In this document: positions 1-13,649 of the stretch, piece after piece
Layout of the letters: each line of letters opens with the position of its first letter
How positions within the stretch are numbered: position 1 is the stretch's first letter
Assembly (NCBI GenBank): GCA_964016885.1
Contig: OZ024745.1
Location: 115,444,001 to 115,508,000 of the forward strand
Length of the DNA: 64,000 nucleotides
DNA from: Eledone cirrhosa
Taxonomy: Eukaryota
Reading direction: 5' to 3'
Notes under the pieces: generated by a model
The model's input: the letters and a program-made list of their open reading frames with translations, nothing else
The model's database searches: none
What the model was told of the DNA's origin: nothing
Program-made: the position numbers and the translations under genes

Positions 1-372
<372 letters not shown>

Positions 373-1114
373 ATCCGTTTCCCTTAGTATTCCTCTGGGG
401 CCGATAAATTAAGTTCATTGCCAAACTCTTCTTTACAAATATCTGAAATGGTACTACTGTTAAAAACATATTAGAAAGAGAAGGATATATTACGTCCTAC
501 TAAAAGAAAGAACTTTCTAATCTTAAAAAAAGACACCAGTGCCAATGTTTAAAATGTTGACCCCTTAATCGGATGTACTTCATTCAATCATCTGAACAAC
601 TGATGTCATCTTCGGGTATATAACTCTTTATATACATATATTTAGTGGAGGAAGTGTCTTACTATTGATGTGGTTATTACCACAAAATCGTTCTTGCTGA
701 AGCAGACACATATGACCACAGGTAATCAAGTCATGACCATCCCGCTTTATTTTCAAGATATTTTCAATATATCCTGCACTATATTATCTATATCATCCAA
801 TGTGTCGTTTTTAAAGATGGTTGGCCGAGGTTTAGGGTATATTTAAGTGCTATATCTAGCAGATCCAATGTCCAGCTAGAGGATCTATCATGAACTCGAG
901 TATTTGAGGTATTGATAAGATATAAAATGAGTGAATCGTAAATAATAGAGTGGCTCTACATAAGGACTTTTGAGATCCTATTATCCTTCATTCTGACGAC
1001 ATGATCAGTCTAACTTAATTGCAAAAGATAAGATTCAATGCCACCGATTTTAGATATAGAGAATAGGTCAACATTTGATATTCTGTCATTTAAGCTGTAT
1101 TCACAAATGATTCA

Positions 1115-1475
1115 ATGACATCGCTTATGAAGTTAATGGTGAAGAGAAATATTTTCATTATTCCACATCCTTCCTACGGGCCAGATCTAGCTCTGTGTGA
1201 TTCAAATCTGTCACCTAAGGTGAAATCGAAGTTGAAGAATAATCATTTGGGGACAGTGGAAAACATACAAAAAATTGTAACCGACGAGCTAAAGACAATA
1301 ACTTCCGGTACTCACAGACAATGACTTCCGGTATTGCTACGATCAATGTAAAATACGCTAGAACAACTGTGTGACTTCCGGTCGTATTTTGAAGGAAATA
1401 ACATGTAATTTTATCTACGTCTAATACACATTTAAATAAAACACCAACATTCTTACATTTGGGACAGGCCTCGTA
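1115..1475 (+). mobile_element. Degenerate mariner (Tc1/mariner) 3' fragment
   Basis: IPHPSYGPDLALCDSNLSPKVKSKLK matches the mariner HPPYSPDLAPxDF motif; ends in TIR-like ...gggacaggcctcg followed by TA. Confidence 0.8.
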
Positions 1476-1578
1476 TAATATATCGCAGATGTTGCTTTAA
1501 TTATTCACTCGTGAATAATTAGCCACCAGTTGAACTCTGTAACACATTTTATTGTATAAACATGATATTATTTACAGT

Positions 1579-1788
1579 AACAATAATAATAAGAATAATT
1601 GTTTCTACTTTTGGTACAAGGCCAGCAATTATCCAGTGCATTACTGGTACTTTATTTTATTGACCCCGTAAGGATGAAAGGCAAAATTAACGTCGGCGGG
1701 ATTTGAACTCAGAATGGCAAGGGACGTAACTCTATGCGTCAAATCATGGCGTCCGACCCTCTACCGATACTGCCAATCCACTGCCCTA
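1579..1788 (-). mobile_element. tRNA-derived SINE, near full length
   Basis: On minus strand: A box TGGCAGTATCGG, B box GAGTTCAAATCC, core tttgcctttcatccttacggggtc, (TTA)n tail; many copies in window. Confidence 0.88.
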
Positions 1789-2694
1789 CCAATAATAATA
1801 ATAGACGACAATAATAAAAAAAAAAGGAAACAAAAGGAAAGAAAGAATAGGGAAATATAGAGAAAAATGAGAAAAAGAAAGAAGTAAAAGAACGGGATGG
1901 TGTCGCAGAAGAGAGGGGAGAGGTGAAAAGGGAGGGTGATTTGGTTTTGAGCCTAGAACAGGGGAGCAGAAGTACTGCGTCCTGCGGACGATGGCCAGTG
2001 ACACCCGCTGCAACAGCCACCCAACCTCGCGTGGCTCCCTCCTTAGACGGGCGGCCGACGTTCCGATCTTGAGGAGGAGCTCGGCACTACGGAGTCAAAG
2101 TACGCCTGAGGTTAATATATGTAATAAAATATTTGACCCAATGATAAATATTAGTAAAAAAATGTCTTTAATTTTTTACACATTATCTTAATACAGTTTT
2201 TCATAGAAACCAAATAATTTATCGTATATATTGGATGGCAGGAGAAAATAAACCTTTATCGAGATGAGAGAAGTAAATGTTGTGGAACGAAAGGTAAGCT
2301 TGCCTCAAACCTGAATAGCGACGTGACATCCTTGGTTGAAGCCATATCACCTAAAATATATGCTATCGATTAACACCTTTCTTCATATTTCTTGAGGATT
2401 ACGTTAAGGGTCACACTGCTTGTGGAACAGCCCATTAAATAAATACGTCGTTCCGTATTTTGAACATTCGTAATCGGAATCAACTGGAAAAACATCATTT
2501 ACAGACATGTAGTGAAATGTTTCAGAATTAACGATGAAAATTGTTTGGAAAATTCTTTTGATAAAATGAGGCTGACTTTTAACGTTTTATAAGGATAAAA
2601 GGTTCGTATATCCGAATTATTCATACAAGCAATATGTTTGATATATAAAGATATCTTTATATGAAATGTAATGTCGTTTTTCTTCTTACTTCAG

Positions 2695-2999
2695 ATCCGT
2701 TTGTTAGAACATCATTAATTGTTGATGGCAAGAAAATTAAAAGAAAGAAGTCTTCAGTACAAAGAAGCACATCTTCACCAGTTTGGAACGAAGCGTTAAC
2801 TTTCAATGTTCCGGCCGAGATTTTACCGAAAGTATCCCTTGAGTGTTGTGTGTGGGACCATGATATTATAGGCCACGGTGAGCTTATTGGAAAGTGTACA
2901 ATGGGACCAGAAATGCAAGGAAATGAACGCAAACATTGGATGGAACTACTTAGCTGTCACAGAACATCCACAGCTATGTGGCATAGCTTACACAAATGA
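2695..2999 (+). CDS. Terminal exon of a synaptotagmin-family gene (C2B domain C-terminal part)
   Basis: Polypyrimidine tract plus ttcag acceptor ending at 2694, splitting the Asp codon of DPFV; DPFVRTSLIVDGKKIKRKKSS..PVWNEALTFNVP..WDHDIIGHGELIG..HWMELL..MWHSL stop. Upstream exons not identified in window; paralog uncertain. Confidence 0.93.
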
Positions 3000-3188
3000 C
3001 TATTGACAGGTCCAAAGAAACTTATTTTATTTCTTTTTGTCTATATTGCAAAGAACATTTCTATAAATATTGTGTTTATAATTATTTTTCACTGTCAAGT
3101 TTTTAAAAAATAATTATTTGCTTGAAATGAAACGTCATTAATTTTTGCCAAAAATGAGATCCTTAACAAAAAGAGAATGAATATAGAT

Positions 3189-3191
<3 letters not shown>

Positions 3192-3275
<84 letters not shown>

Positions 3276-3288
3276 GAGAGAGAGAGAG
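3192..3288. repeat. (GA)n microsatellite
   Basis: Direct reading. Confidence 0.97.
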
Positions 3289-4175
3289 GCAGTGACATTG
3301 AGAGAGAAAGAGAGAGAAAGTGAGAGATAAAAAGAAAAAAAAGAGAAGATAGGAGGAGGGAAATGCTAAACAAAACAAAATGTCTGGGTGGATTGACAAG
3401 TTTTACAAAATTCAATTCACCTGAAATATATTAATCTGTATATATTTTGCTTTATTCGCCGCCTATTATATATATATTCCATAATTGTTGAATATTTTGC
3501 TTAATAATGTCGTCAATAATATATTTTAACGAACTATTTCAAAATGAAATTGCTTTCTATTTTTTTTTAAAGTATAATTGCAGGAAATTTGGATCCTAAA
3601 AAAAATCGTAAACGAAGTAAAAAAAGTTCTTTCCCATTCATAGTTAAATTAACTAGAATACTGTGTATCAGAAAGATGTAATTTTATTTTTAAGAAAAAG
3701 CAAAAAAAAAAAAAACGAAGAATGGTTAGCTTCCTTTAAGCAGAGTTGAACAGATAAATAAAATATAAATTAAAGAGAGTAAAGAGCGCGAGTTCACTGG
3801 GAACCTGACTCAGGTATCGATCTCCATGTCACTCTATATTTGTTACTACACCTTAATGATTATTCACTTGTTTAGTAATTACATCTGTTAAATCAATTTG
3901 AAAACTATTTGAATCTTTACACGTGAAGTTTTATTTTTTACAATTTTTATTTGTTCCGCCGACTTATCCTTCGATCTCCGTTAACATATTTCTAAAAAGA
4001 AATAAAATCAAACTAGAAAAAAAAAGAAACAAAAGAAAGATCAAAATTCAGTTCGATATATTTTATCTGGCTGGACGAATTATCTAAAAGTCAATATTTT
4101 CAGTGTCAGAATGATAAAGGTTTGTACCAAAAGACAATAAAAATAACAGTACGGAAAATACACACTGTTAAACAT

Positions 4176-4415
4176 AGGCGGCGAATTGAGTCGTTAGAAG
4201 GTCAGATGGAATACTGTGTGGTATTCGTTTCGGCTCTCTGTTCTCTGAGTTCAAATCCCGCCGATAAAATAAGTACCAGTTTAGTACTGGGGGTCGATTC
4301 TTCCTCTATATCTTTTTCTCACTTCCATTTTCTCTCTGTTTCTCTGGAAGAAACCTTGAGAGGAGATGAGGTCCGCTTGGTTTTAAAAATGCCCCAGAAA
4401 CGCTGTATGTCAATA
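4176..4415 (+). mobile_element. tRNA-derived SINE, second subfamily with extended 3' tail
   Basis: B box gagttcaaatccc; tail gtcgattcttcctctatatc...ttttaaaa..gaaacgc..tcaata shared with 37939-38225. Confidence 0.65.
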
Positions 4416-5899
4416 CAGTGCTCCCTTACAATTCCCTCAGGAGTTACGGGACCAGGCATGAATAAATTAGTAGAATATTTTAATTACAAATATAAAAATA
4501 CACAAAATTAAAATCAGCAAACTTTTTTCATTTATATACAATATTGTTTTATGTCATTGCTTAATTTGTTATGCCAATGAAAGATGTGTCATAGATGATA
4601 GAAAGCTATAGTCGGTGCTTTCCGAGCTCACCACAAAACAGGGTAAGTTACATGCTGTAAATTAGCGTTCTGTCTAATGGAATAAAAGAAGTTAGTTACT
4701 TATTCTCTTAACACAGTGCAGTTAAATAGATGTTAAGTATCAACTCTGTATAATTTCCTTTTTATATTTTGTGAATATATTCAATATGGCAGAATCGAGT
4801 CAATTGAATAAATATATCCTTTGTCAACCTTTATTGCAAGAAAGAAAAGGAGGAGTATTGAGTGTATAACTTTGTAGATGGTCGATACAGCAGAGAACAG
4901 AGTTACATGTTTCTCAACAACTACAAGACTATATTGCTGCCCTGTATTCAAATCCCTCTGTTGATGTAGTTTTGCCACTAATATGATTTGGAATGATATT
5001 AAAGTCATATCTCGTTTTAGTGTCTATCCAGCCCATCCAAGAAGAGAAAAGATACGGATACTATGTTGGATGAAACCTTATGACGTCTACATAAATGTTT
5101 TACATGCATAGGTGTCTCTGCTTAAATTCGATTTAACGCCCATCAATGTACACTCCGGTGTGGGGACGTGTATGCTTCGCTGATGCGGTCATTCTTAAAT
5201 TAAACATGTCTGAAACTAGCAAAATAGTGAAAAGAATTTTAATTACCGACTAATGTTTAATGTTCTATACATTCAATATAGTAACTTTGTTAATGTTTTC
5301 GGTGCAGATGGCGGCTCGGACTTATTATCTAAACATAACCATAGCCAGTTTCATTTAAATTCCAATACTACCGGAGTCTATTGTGCCATTTCTTGGTTTT
5401 GAAATCGATTGAATATGCAATCATTTAATTCAATCGACTATTCTGCCAATCCTTTCAAAACTTCGGGTTTTCTCTTTTGCCTTTTTTTAATCAGAACTAA
5501 TCATCACTAAGGTTTTTTTTAAATTAATTATTTTAAATTTCGTGGCTTACTGCATTGAGTATTCTAGCACCTACTTTACTATCAGTTTTTGATGCAGAAG
5601 GTAGCTATGACTATTTCTTTCAGTCAGTATTTTAAGTTATTACATCATGTTCTGTTCATTCACGACAGTCTTATTTTTTTTGTAGCAATTTGAAGATCAT
5701 GCAGTTAATGTTATACTACATTTCATTGTCCGCAGTTGTCAAGACACTGCAAACGATTATACTAACATTTCACTGCTTTACATATTTAATTTATTTTAAT
5801 TTATGAAAATGTCAAGGATGTCTTCTTACTTTTCTTTAACCAGAATTCATGATTTAGTTAATGATTGCTTTCATTACTGAAAATTGAAATGTAATTGCA

Positions 5900-6290
5900 G
5901 TCGAGCCCGTAGCAGTGGAGACTTCTGGTGTCCTTGGCCTTAGGGCCGCCTTCCTACTCACCAGCATCGGGGAAGAGCTGGCTAACCGCATGTGTGAATC
6001 TCGCGAGCTGGAATGGCTCTTCCACTATATCTACCTCACCATTCTCCAAGGAAACGTTTTCTCTATTCTGTCCACTAGGGCCGCGGGACGGCCAGCGTGT
6101 GGAACCTCATTTGCTCATAATAAGGAGAGATGGGGAAGGCGGGAGTGACGGAGACGATGACAGTGGGGGTTTGGTTCCTCTGTATCCGGACCTGGTGTAT
6201 ATGTGTGCGTAATTATTGTAATATACCAGCGAACACTTTACTACTGCAAAGTTTAGCTTCGCCGCTTTTCAAAAGAAATCAATTATTATT
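5900..6290 (+). mobile_element. CRE-clade (RLE) non-LTR retrotransposon 3' fragment
   Basis: VETSGVLG..LEWLF..ILQGN RLE C-terminus, homologous to 53235-54361; 3' UTR homologous to 59410-59685. Confidence 0.8.
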
Positions 6291-6637
6291 TTGTTTTTGT
6301 GGAGAATGTGTTACATTGATCTAATCATTACGAAATTAATAGCCTTAGAAAGTCATTTAGCCATTTAAATCTAATGTTCTATCAAAGCCACACAAAACCA
6401 ATAACCATAGCAACAAGAGTGGCAAGGAGTGCATCAACACATAGGCATGTATTAATTTTGTTCTATTGATCTAGTTAGATAGTTATATTATACATTTTTA
6501 TGAAAGTTTACGCGGCAATGATTTCTACATTCGACTCTAGATACATAGGATGCACTCTTTGTTGGATATCTAACTATATCAACAATTAGATATATATATA
6601 TATATCTAACTATATCAACAATTAGATGAGAAAATGA

Positions 6638-6677
<40 letters not shown>

Positions 6678-6735
6678 ATTCCTGATTTATAAAGAATGAA
6701 ACAGTTCTAGTCCTGTAGCATCTCATCTATATTAA

Positions 6736-6771
<36 letters not shown>

Positions 6772-6775
<4 letters not shown>

Positions 6776-8790
6776 GTGGTTACACAACAGTTAGTTCACC
6801 ATACCGAGAACAATTGTTTCACCTTCGCGGATCTTCAGCTCGGGATGTGTATGGTTATAGGAACAGGAAGGACAACCGTACGATCGCGCATGCGCAGAAA
6901 CTCGGTCACTTCACACAGGCAATACTAGACTGCGTGCGGGAGGTGTAAGGGAGATAACTGCGAAAGTCCGGAAAGTTTTTAGGTTGAAAATTAAAAAAAT
7001 TAAAAATAAAATTACAAAGAATCAGTCCGGAGCCTTGTAGTTATGCAATAGATGTTTGGTGACGTGTGGACAACGTGTGAAAAATTCACTTCTCGTGTTT
7101 AGGCAATCACTATTGCGTAATATCTTTAGGATAGTTATTCGTTCATCAATACATAAGCCACACGTCGGATTTCCCCTTGCGTATGGCTTGGACTTAGTGA
7201 TGGCTTTCCATTGAATGGAGTAGCCTATAATTGAGTCCTTGAGGGACCATAAGTGGCTCGCGAGTTTCGTGGATGAACGTCTGTTCGGGTATCTGAAGGT
7301 AGACTGGTGGTTCAGGAAACGCTCCTTGAATCGGCCCTCCGCCATACCCACATAGGATTTGACCTCCTGTGGTTCGTTTGGTCGGTTGGAAGTGACCACA
7401 GCTTCATAGATTTCAGCTGGTGTGTTGCATTGCTGTTGAAGGGGGCAAGCTTCAGGCTTACGGCAAGAGCACTCTGGTGGGTGTTGCTCCTAGGGTTGCT
7501 GGTGATGTGGGCCTTCATGTTCTTAGCGCAGGAGTATGCTAGTTTAACTTCGTGTCGGTTAAAGATGGAACGTATTTATGACCTATGGGGAAGTGTCTAT
7601 CTAAGAGGGCTAGAAATGTTTTTCCTACATTGGTTTTAACGTTGAGTGAGAAGGGGGGAGAGAACCAGATAGTTTGTATATTGATGCGCTTACTTTTCTT
7701 AATGGTGCTGTTGCTAGTGGGAGAGTAGGTGATAGGTTGTGAGAAGCCGCTGTTAGCCAACGCCGTGTTATAGTAGGGTGCCGCCCTGTCAAAGATATCC
7801 TTATTAGAGGAGTGTTTTGAGATTCTAGTACTGATATTCTTAACGAAGTTTCTAAAAACAGTGGGAGGGTGGCATGAGTCCTTGTGAATGTAATTGAGTT
7901 TCTCGTTTAGCTTATGGAAGGGTTTGTGGGTGTGTGTGCGAAGGTCTAAATTAATATCTAAGAAATCTACGCTAGAGAGGTTGGTGGCTACTGTTATCCT
8001 AAGTCCTAACTCATTGAAGGTAGAAGCTAAATCTTTTTTAAACCGGTCGAGGTCGTGACCACTTTTATGGCTCGATAAAGTCAGTCCATCGTCACGGTAT
8101 ATTCCCGTGTGGAAGTCCGGGAATCTAACACGTAATATGTCTAAGATAAAAAGGCCAACCAAGTCACGTACGTCAGCACTGTCAAACGATCCCACGGAGA
8201 CGTCGAACAGGTCTGAAGATGTAGACTTCTTTGCCCAGGCTACTCCGTCGTTGAAGAGGAGGGTTTTCCGGCAGTGAGCGATGATTTCCCTGTCTAAACC
8301 ATCGACGGTGGTATAAGTGGTAGCGAAGTCCAACGCTTTGTTTAACAGGGTCTCTGAGATCGACGGGTAAAAATCGACAATGTCAAACTGTGTGAACTTC
8401 GCTTTTTTGGATTTTAAGGAGTTAAACCACTTAATTACGGAGTCGCTGTTCTCCCACCGGGGCAGGTTGGACTTGGTCCTAATGGTCTTAACTATGTTTC
8501 TAAGTATGGCCGTACTGATTAGTCCCATATTTGTGCGTGCCGGGTTTATTTGTCTACATGTGGGGTTAGAAGTAAAGTCTACCTTGTGATCTTTCAGGGT
8601 GAGGAACGACTCCCGCTTAGCTAGAGATTGTAGCTTCTTATCTACTATAAGGTCGGTGGCGAGTTCCTTGGCTTCCGTATTAATGTCGTGGTAGGCCATA
8701 GGGCTAGCTTTCTTATATTTACAAGTAATAGCGTTATGGGCCAGGTGGCGGAAAGTGGTGTTGTCTACTGTAAAACTCATTCTTTGACAT
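6772..8790 (-). mobile_element. Penelope-like retroelement (RT + C-terminal GIY-YIG), 5'-truncated, frameshifted, with 3' pLTR
   Basis: RT motifs FDIVDFYPSI, GIYRDDGL, VDFLDINLDL; Cys-rich linker CSCRKPEACPLQQQC; IYEA..YVGMAEGRFKERFLNH and CGLC..CPH endonuclease; 3' end abuts (TA)n. Confidence 0.93.
6801..6846 (-). ncRNA. Type I hammerhead ribozyme in PLE pLTR
   Basis: ccgag-CTGAAGA-tccgcgaaggt-GAAA-caattg-TT-ctcgg; palindromic stem III. Confidence 0.8.
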
Positions 8791-10699
8791 AATCATTGAA
8801 TATTGCAGCTCCGTCAAGGAGATGAGCTGGGGAAAGACGGGTCTAGCAAACGGCGACCACACCTAATCACCGTCGAGAAAGAGGTGGAGATGTCGTAGCC
8901 TGAGCGCGTGTCTGCGCATCATCAGCCACGGCATGCCCAGCCCTCCACGTAGCGGGTGTTGACAGCAGATGGACCGCCTGACCGTCGAAGCGCGTCCCTT
9001 CCACAAAAAACGAAAGAGCAAACGCTCCAGCGCAGTCAAGCGAGGCTTAGGACAAGGCACGACGGTCAGGCGGTAGTAGATGACGGACGCGATGTACGCG
9101 TTAGCCACCTCTGCTCAACCTTTCAGGGATAGCTTCTTCTCCGCCCATTTCTGGGTGAGAGAAGCCACCCTGCTCGTCACCTCGTCCCAGTTTTTGTCCG
9201 TCTGGAGGTCCGGACCGAACCAGACCCTAGCAATTTAAACGGTCCGTCCGTCCAGCGTCTGACGACGCCGTTGGACAGCATAGACCTGCCTCTCCAGGTG
9301 CCGAGCTTCAGGCCCACCGACTTTTCCTGGTTGATCATTGCTCCTGTCACCGCTTCGTATTCTCTTAGTGTAGTGCCGATCGCCTCGATGTGTTTGGCGT
9401 TCGACACCACTACGGTGACATCGTCCGCATATGCTGACATGGATCTTCCGCATCCTAGTACGCGCGGGAGCCCCCCTCAATGTCTCCAGTTTGTGCAGTA
9501 ATAGCTCGAGAGTCAATACGTACAAGAGGGACGAGAGGGGACATCCTTGGCGGACCGAGCGCATGATGTGGTCCACCAAAGACCGGATCGTGGCTCTGTT
9601 GCCACGACGCGCCTCCGCCACTCGGGCCCATTGAACGGCTTTCGTCCCATCGTGTCTGAGAGCACACAGCCTAGCTCTGACAACGCAGCCTTCGTGCTTT
9701 GCAAAGAAGAATTGGTCAAGGGCCAATTTCGCCGCAAGTACGTCGGTCGCGATGCCTTTGCTAAGCGCCTCGTCTAATTTTTTAACTAGTTCTCCCTCTG
9801 CTCTATTTTTCTCTATTGCTAAAGCCTTACTAAACCTAATGGACTCTGTTCAGAGCAAACCACCACTTGTTGACGATGGCTCCCGTCAACGCCCGCTTAA
9901 CTAGTTCGCTAATCCGGTCTCTGTAGGCCTTGTGCGCTGGTAATGACACGTTTAGCTTCCAGTAGCCGGGTCCTCGTCTATGAAGCCTATCTAAGTCAAC
10001 CATACAGATCAGGAATTTGTGGTCCGTGTAGCTGACTATCTTGAATTGTGGACAGCCTATGCTAGACCTATCTATTTCCCTACAAAATACTCTATCTAGA
10101 TATGATCTGGATGACCCGATGCGTTTTGTCCATGTCCACATTGGCACATTCGGGAAATCCAATCGGTACCTGTCAGACAGTTCAAAACGCCTGAGCAGGT
10201 TGGTGAGGCTCTTGCACCCTCCTCCCCTATCCGCTAATCCCACACAGTCCCAGCGTGCATCTAAGATCCCGTTCCAGTCGCCCACTAACACTAAAGAGTG
10301 GGACGTTCCAAGAAAGATCTCCAGACGCCGGAAGAAATCAGGCCGCCCTGCTCCTGTCGGGGCATTGACGGCCACTAGCCTGAAAGCTTGCCCGTCTCCG
10401 CTGGTCACGTCCAGCACCACCAACTTACCTTCTGTGTCCAGGAAGATGGCCCGTATGGCGAGATCCAAATCTCTCCGAAAAAGCACAGCAACTCCTCCCC
10501 CCGATCCAGGACGGCTGGGAGATGCGCACACATCGTAGCCGCCGAAGATCGGTGCGAAGGCCCGTGCTTCAGAGATTCTGGTCTCGCTGATGGCCACTAC
10601 ATCTATGTTTAGCGACCTGAGATCGTTGAGCAGGTGGCCCTGCTTCCATGACGACCCCAAGCCACGCGCATTTATGCTGCCTATTCTGAGTGAGGTCAT
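8791..10699 (-). mobile_element. L1/Tx1-clade LINE ORF2 (open APE endonuclease frame, internally deleted RT)
   Basis: SINARGL, AISETR, VGDWN, SYLDR, YTDH APE motifs; GPGYWKLN; RSVRQGCPLS, SAYADDVT, GGLGMP RT motifs. Confidence 0.92.
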
Positions 10700-10733
10700 G
10701 TTGAAATGGAGTGGAAAAGATGGGAAAGACCAC

Positions 10734-11445
10734 TTACCTTACTTCTCGTGGAGGAAGGATGGTTTCTCCATCCTTTTCACTGCCTCTGGCCTCCTCCGGA
10801 AGGATGTCCTTATAAATCCTCCTGGAGAGTGCTTGTCGGAAGTCTCCGATGTCTTTGGGGAATTTTTGTTTTAGTGTCGTGTACGTTTTCTGTGTGATGC
10901 GAGTTATTTGTATGTGTGGAGGTGGTGTGAACTTTTGGGTTGTTGTGTAGTCTTTTTCTGTGATGCTGGTGTTGTGTTGGATGTAGTGTAATAATTGGTT
11001 GTTGTTCAAATTTAATGCTGTGTAGTGTGTATCGTTTTGGTTGTTTTGTTTTGTTTGCGTTTGTTGTGGGTTTGTTTTTGTTTCGTTTTTTGGTGACTTT
11101 TGTGGTGTTGGTGATGGTGGTGTTGGGGTTAATGATGGTGATCGTGTTGGTGTTTGTGGTGATGGGGTTGGTGATGCTGGTGTGGATGGTGGCATAGCTA
11201 TCCTAACTTTTTTTGTTTGATAGTTTATTTGTTTCCCTCTGTATTTTGTTTTTGGAGGGGGAAGGAAGAGGATTCCTTCCTTTCTCTGACCCTTATCTGA
11301 GACATCTGCTACTATGACAGTGGAAGGGGGGAAGCTGTTGATGAAGAAGCTGTTATTGCTTCAGCCATTTTTTTTAGAACGTTAGTTTTTAAAAAAAATA
11401 TTCATGAACTATTTCGCCTAAAGGCGCAGAATATTTTGAGAGACT
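10734..11445 (-). mobile_element. Probable degenerate ORF1/5' region of the same Tx1-like element
   Basis: Pro/Thr-rich frame stops about 35 nt before the ORF2 start on the same strand; upstream ATG GCT GAA near 11368. Confidence 0.45.
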
Positions 11446-11599
11446 GACCAGATCAAAATTTGACCTTGCAGTCACTCTACTAATTGGTATAAAAATGAAG
11501 GCTCACAGTCAAGAATGTCTATAGAAATTTAAGCAGAACTTAGCGAGCAAGTTTCAAACATGTGTCCATCCCAGATAGATAGAAATAGATAGCTAGATA

Positions 11600-11905
11600 G
11601 ATATGTTTCTTTATTAGCCACAGGAGCACAAAAGAAGGGGACAAATACAAAGGGGGAAGTTTACATACAATAAAAACGTGTAAAATAATATCACAAATGC
11701 AATTTAAAAAATTAGTCGATTTTCCCCAATAGGGGGAGACAGTTCATATGGGTAAATGTGCAACCCTCATCTCCAGGAGTACGAAGAGTTTATACCCCTT
11801 TCCTCTCTTCCTTTTTTTCCTCAACATACAGGCTGATATAGAGAGAAGGCCCATTCACTCGGGCCATTTTCGCCACTTTAACCCACCTTTCATAAAACTT
11901 GCTAG
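11600..11905 (-). mobile_element. Tx1-like LINE 3' end inserted in (GATA)n
   Basis: KFYERWVKVAKMARVNGPSL C-terminus homologous to 40690-40810; AATAAA near 3' end; (GATA)n on both sides. Confidence 0.65.
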
Positions 11906-12659
11906 ATAAATAGATAGATAGATAGATAAATAGATAAATAGATAGGAAATAGATAGATAGAGAGATAGATGGATAGATAGATAGGTAAATAGATAGACAC
12001 ACTCGCGCACACAATTACGCACACACGCACACACACACACACACACACATACACACATAGTTTGTTGAGCCACCTCATCTTCAGTGTTGAGAGTTCAATA
12101 TCTTCTGTGCTGTTTCTATATTCAGCGGATCACTATTTTTGTCGTTGTTTTCAGTATACAAAATATTTCAAGTTTGTTGATCAAGGAAATGGTAAGGCTT
12201 CATTGATTTAGTTGTGGCCTTTAGAAGATGGGAAAGGCGGTATGTCAGAGTGGGACGCAATCAGATATGTCTTAAATGAACCAGGGAAAAGTTTGATCAA
12301 GTTTCGTATAATTGCAGACATTTAAATATAAAACGGCTGTTGTATGTTCTAGATGCAAATATTTGAGAAAAGTTTGTCTCATCATTGGTCATGCTATTTC
12401 TTCTATGATAAAATTCGGAAGAAATGTTTCGCTTATCTTTGATCAATACGAGTATATCTGATGGCATATCGTCTTCGTTGGCTTTCCAGAGAGTAGAAAC
12501 AAGTAGTTCTGTTTTCTGGCCTGGGTTATTTAATTATTCAAAGATGTTTGGCTTTCAATCTCGCCACTGTTGTGTGGTACGTGTAGAAAGTGTTAATCCA
12601 TTCTACACGGCGTATTGGCATAATTTACGGCTCTCAGAAAAAGTTCTCATATATATATT

Positions 12660-12904
12660 AGAAAATGAGTTGTTTTTTTTAGCAAAAAACAAAAGAAAAA
12701 TAAAAAAATTAGATGTCCTACACAGGTGAAAGTATGAGGAAAAGAAATCGAAAATGCAACTTCGTTAACCGGTTTCACAGTTCTTGTGCTTTTCAAATCC
12801 TTCATCTCAAATTTACTTTTGAAAAGCACAAGAACTGTGAAACGGTAAAATAAATACATTAAATATTCTTAAAAAGACACCAGTTACATTTTCGATTTCT
12901 TTTT

Positions 12905-12908
<4 letters not shown>
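12660..12908. mobile_element. Fold-back PLE pLTR-like cassette between (TA)n arrays, with HHR motif
   Basis: Inverted arms about 12737-12797 and 12818-12906; atttactt-TTGAAAA-gcacaagaactgt-GAAA-cgg-TA-aaataaat at 12811-12855. Confidence 0.7.
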
Positions 12909-12976
<68 letters not shown>

Positions 12977-12979
<3 letters not shown>

Positions 12980-13309
12980 ATTCAAAACAACAAACAGCGA
13001 AAGACGCGTTCCGGACTTGTCCGACAGACAACCTTTTCCCCCACCCCGGAAAAAAACCCCAGTTGATGGATGTGAATCCGAAATATATAGGGACTATTAA
13101 ATCTCTCCCAAGGTAACTCTCTCTTGTGTTGTTATTTTTATTTTTATCCTTTATACTCTTCCCTTCATTCTACACATCTCACACATCTTATACACACCAC
13201 GCATCTCAACTTACACCCACTTACATCCCTCTCTCCACCACCGGACCTTGTTACCCGGAGATTTACCCATTTGCATTGTCGAGGTTTCCAAACGACTTAA
13301 AGATATTTA

Positions 13310-13311
<2 letters not shown>
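12977..13311 (+). mobile_element. PLE pLTR-like insert between (TA)n arrays
   Basis: Homologous to 1-214; HHR-like motif at 13057-13092. Confidence 0.5.
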
Positions 13312-13352
<41 letters not shown>

Positions 13353-13355
13353 AGA

Positions 13356-13387
<32 letters not shown>

Positions 13388-13602
13388 TGTATATATATTT
13401 GATTTAAAGTATTTTGTTATCGAGGCTTCACATTCTTATCTTAAGTAGTTTATGAACCTCTCCAATAACATATGTATGTATATATGTATGTATATATATA
13501 TATGTATGTTTGTATGTATGTATACATGTATGTATGAGTTGGTGCATGTACATATGTATGTATATAAACATATGCTTATCTTTGGATCTAAATGTGTACA
13601 TG

Positions 13603-13645
<43 letters not shown>

Positions 13646-13649
<4 letters not shown>

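Noticed and set aside
6676-6738. Short insert in (TA)n with CTGAT..GAAAC
   Set aside because: Core and stems too degenerate to call a hammerhead.
12100-12640. Possible decayed coding sequence on the minus strand
   Set aside because: No recognisable motif and multiple stops.
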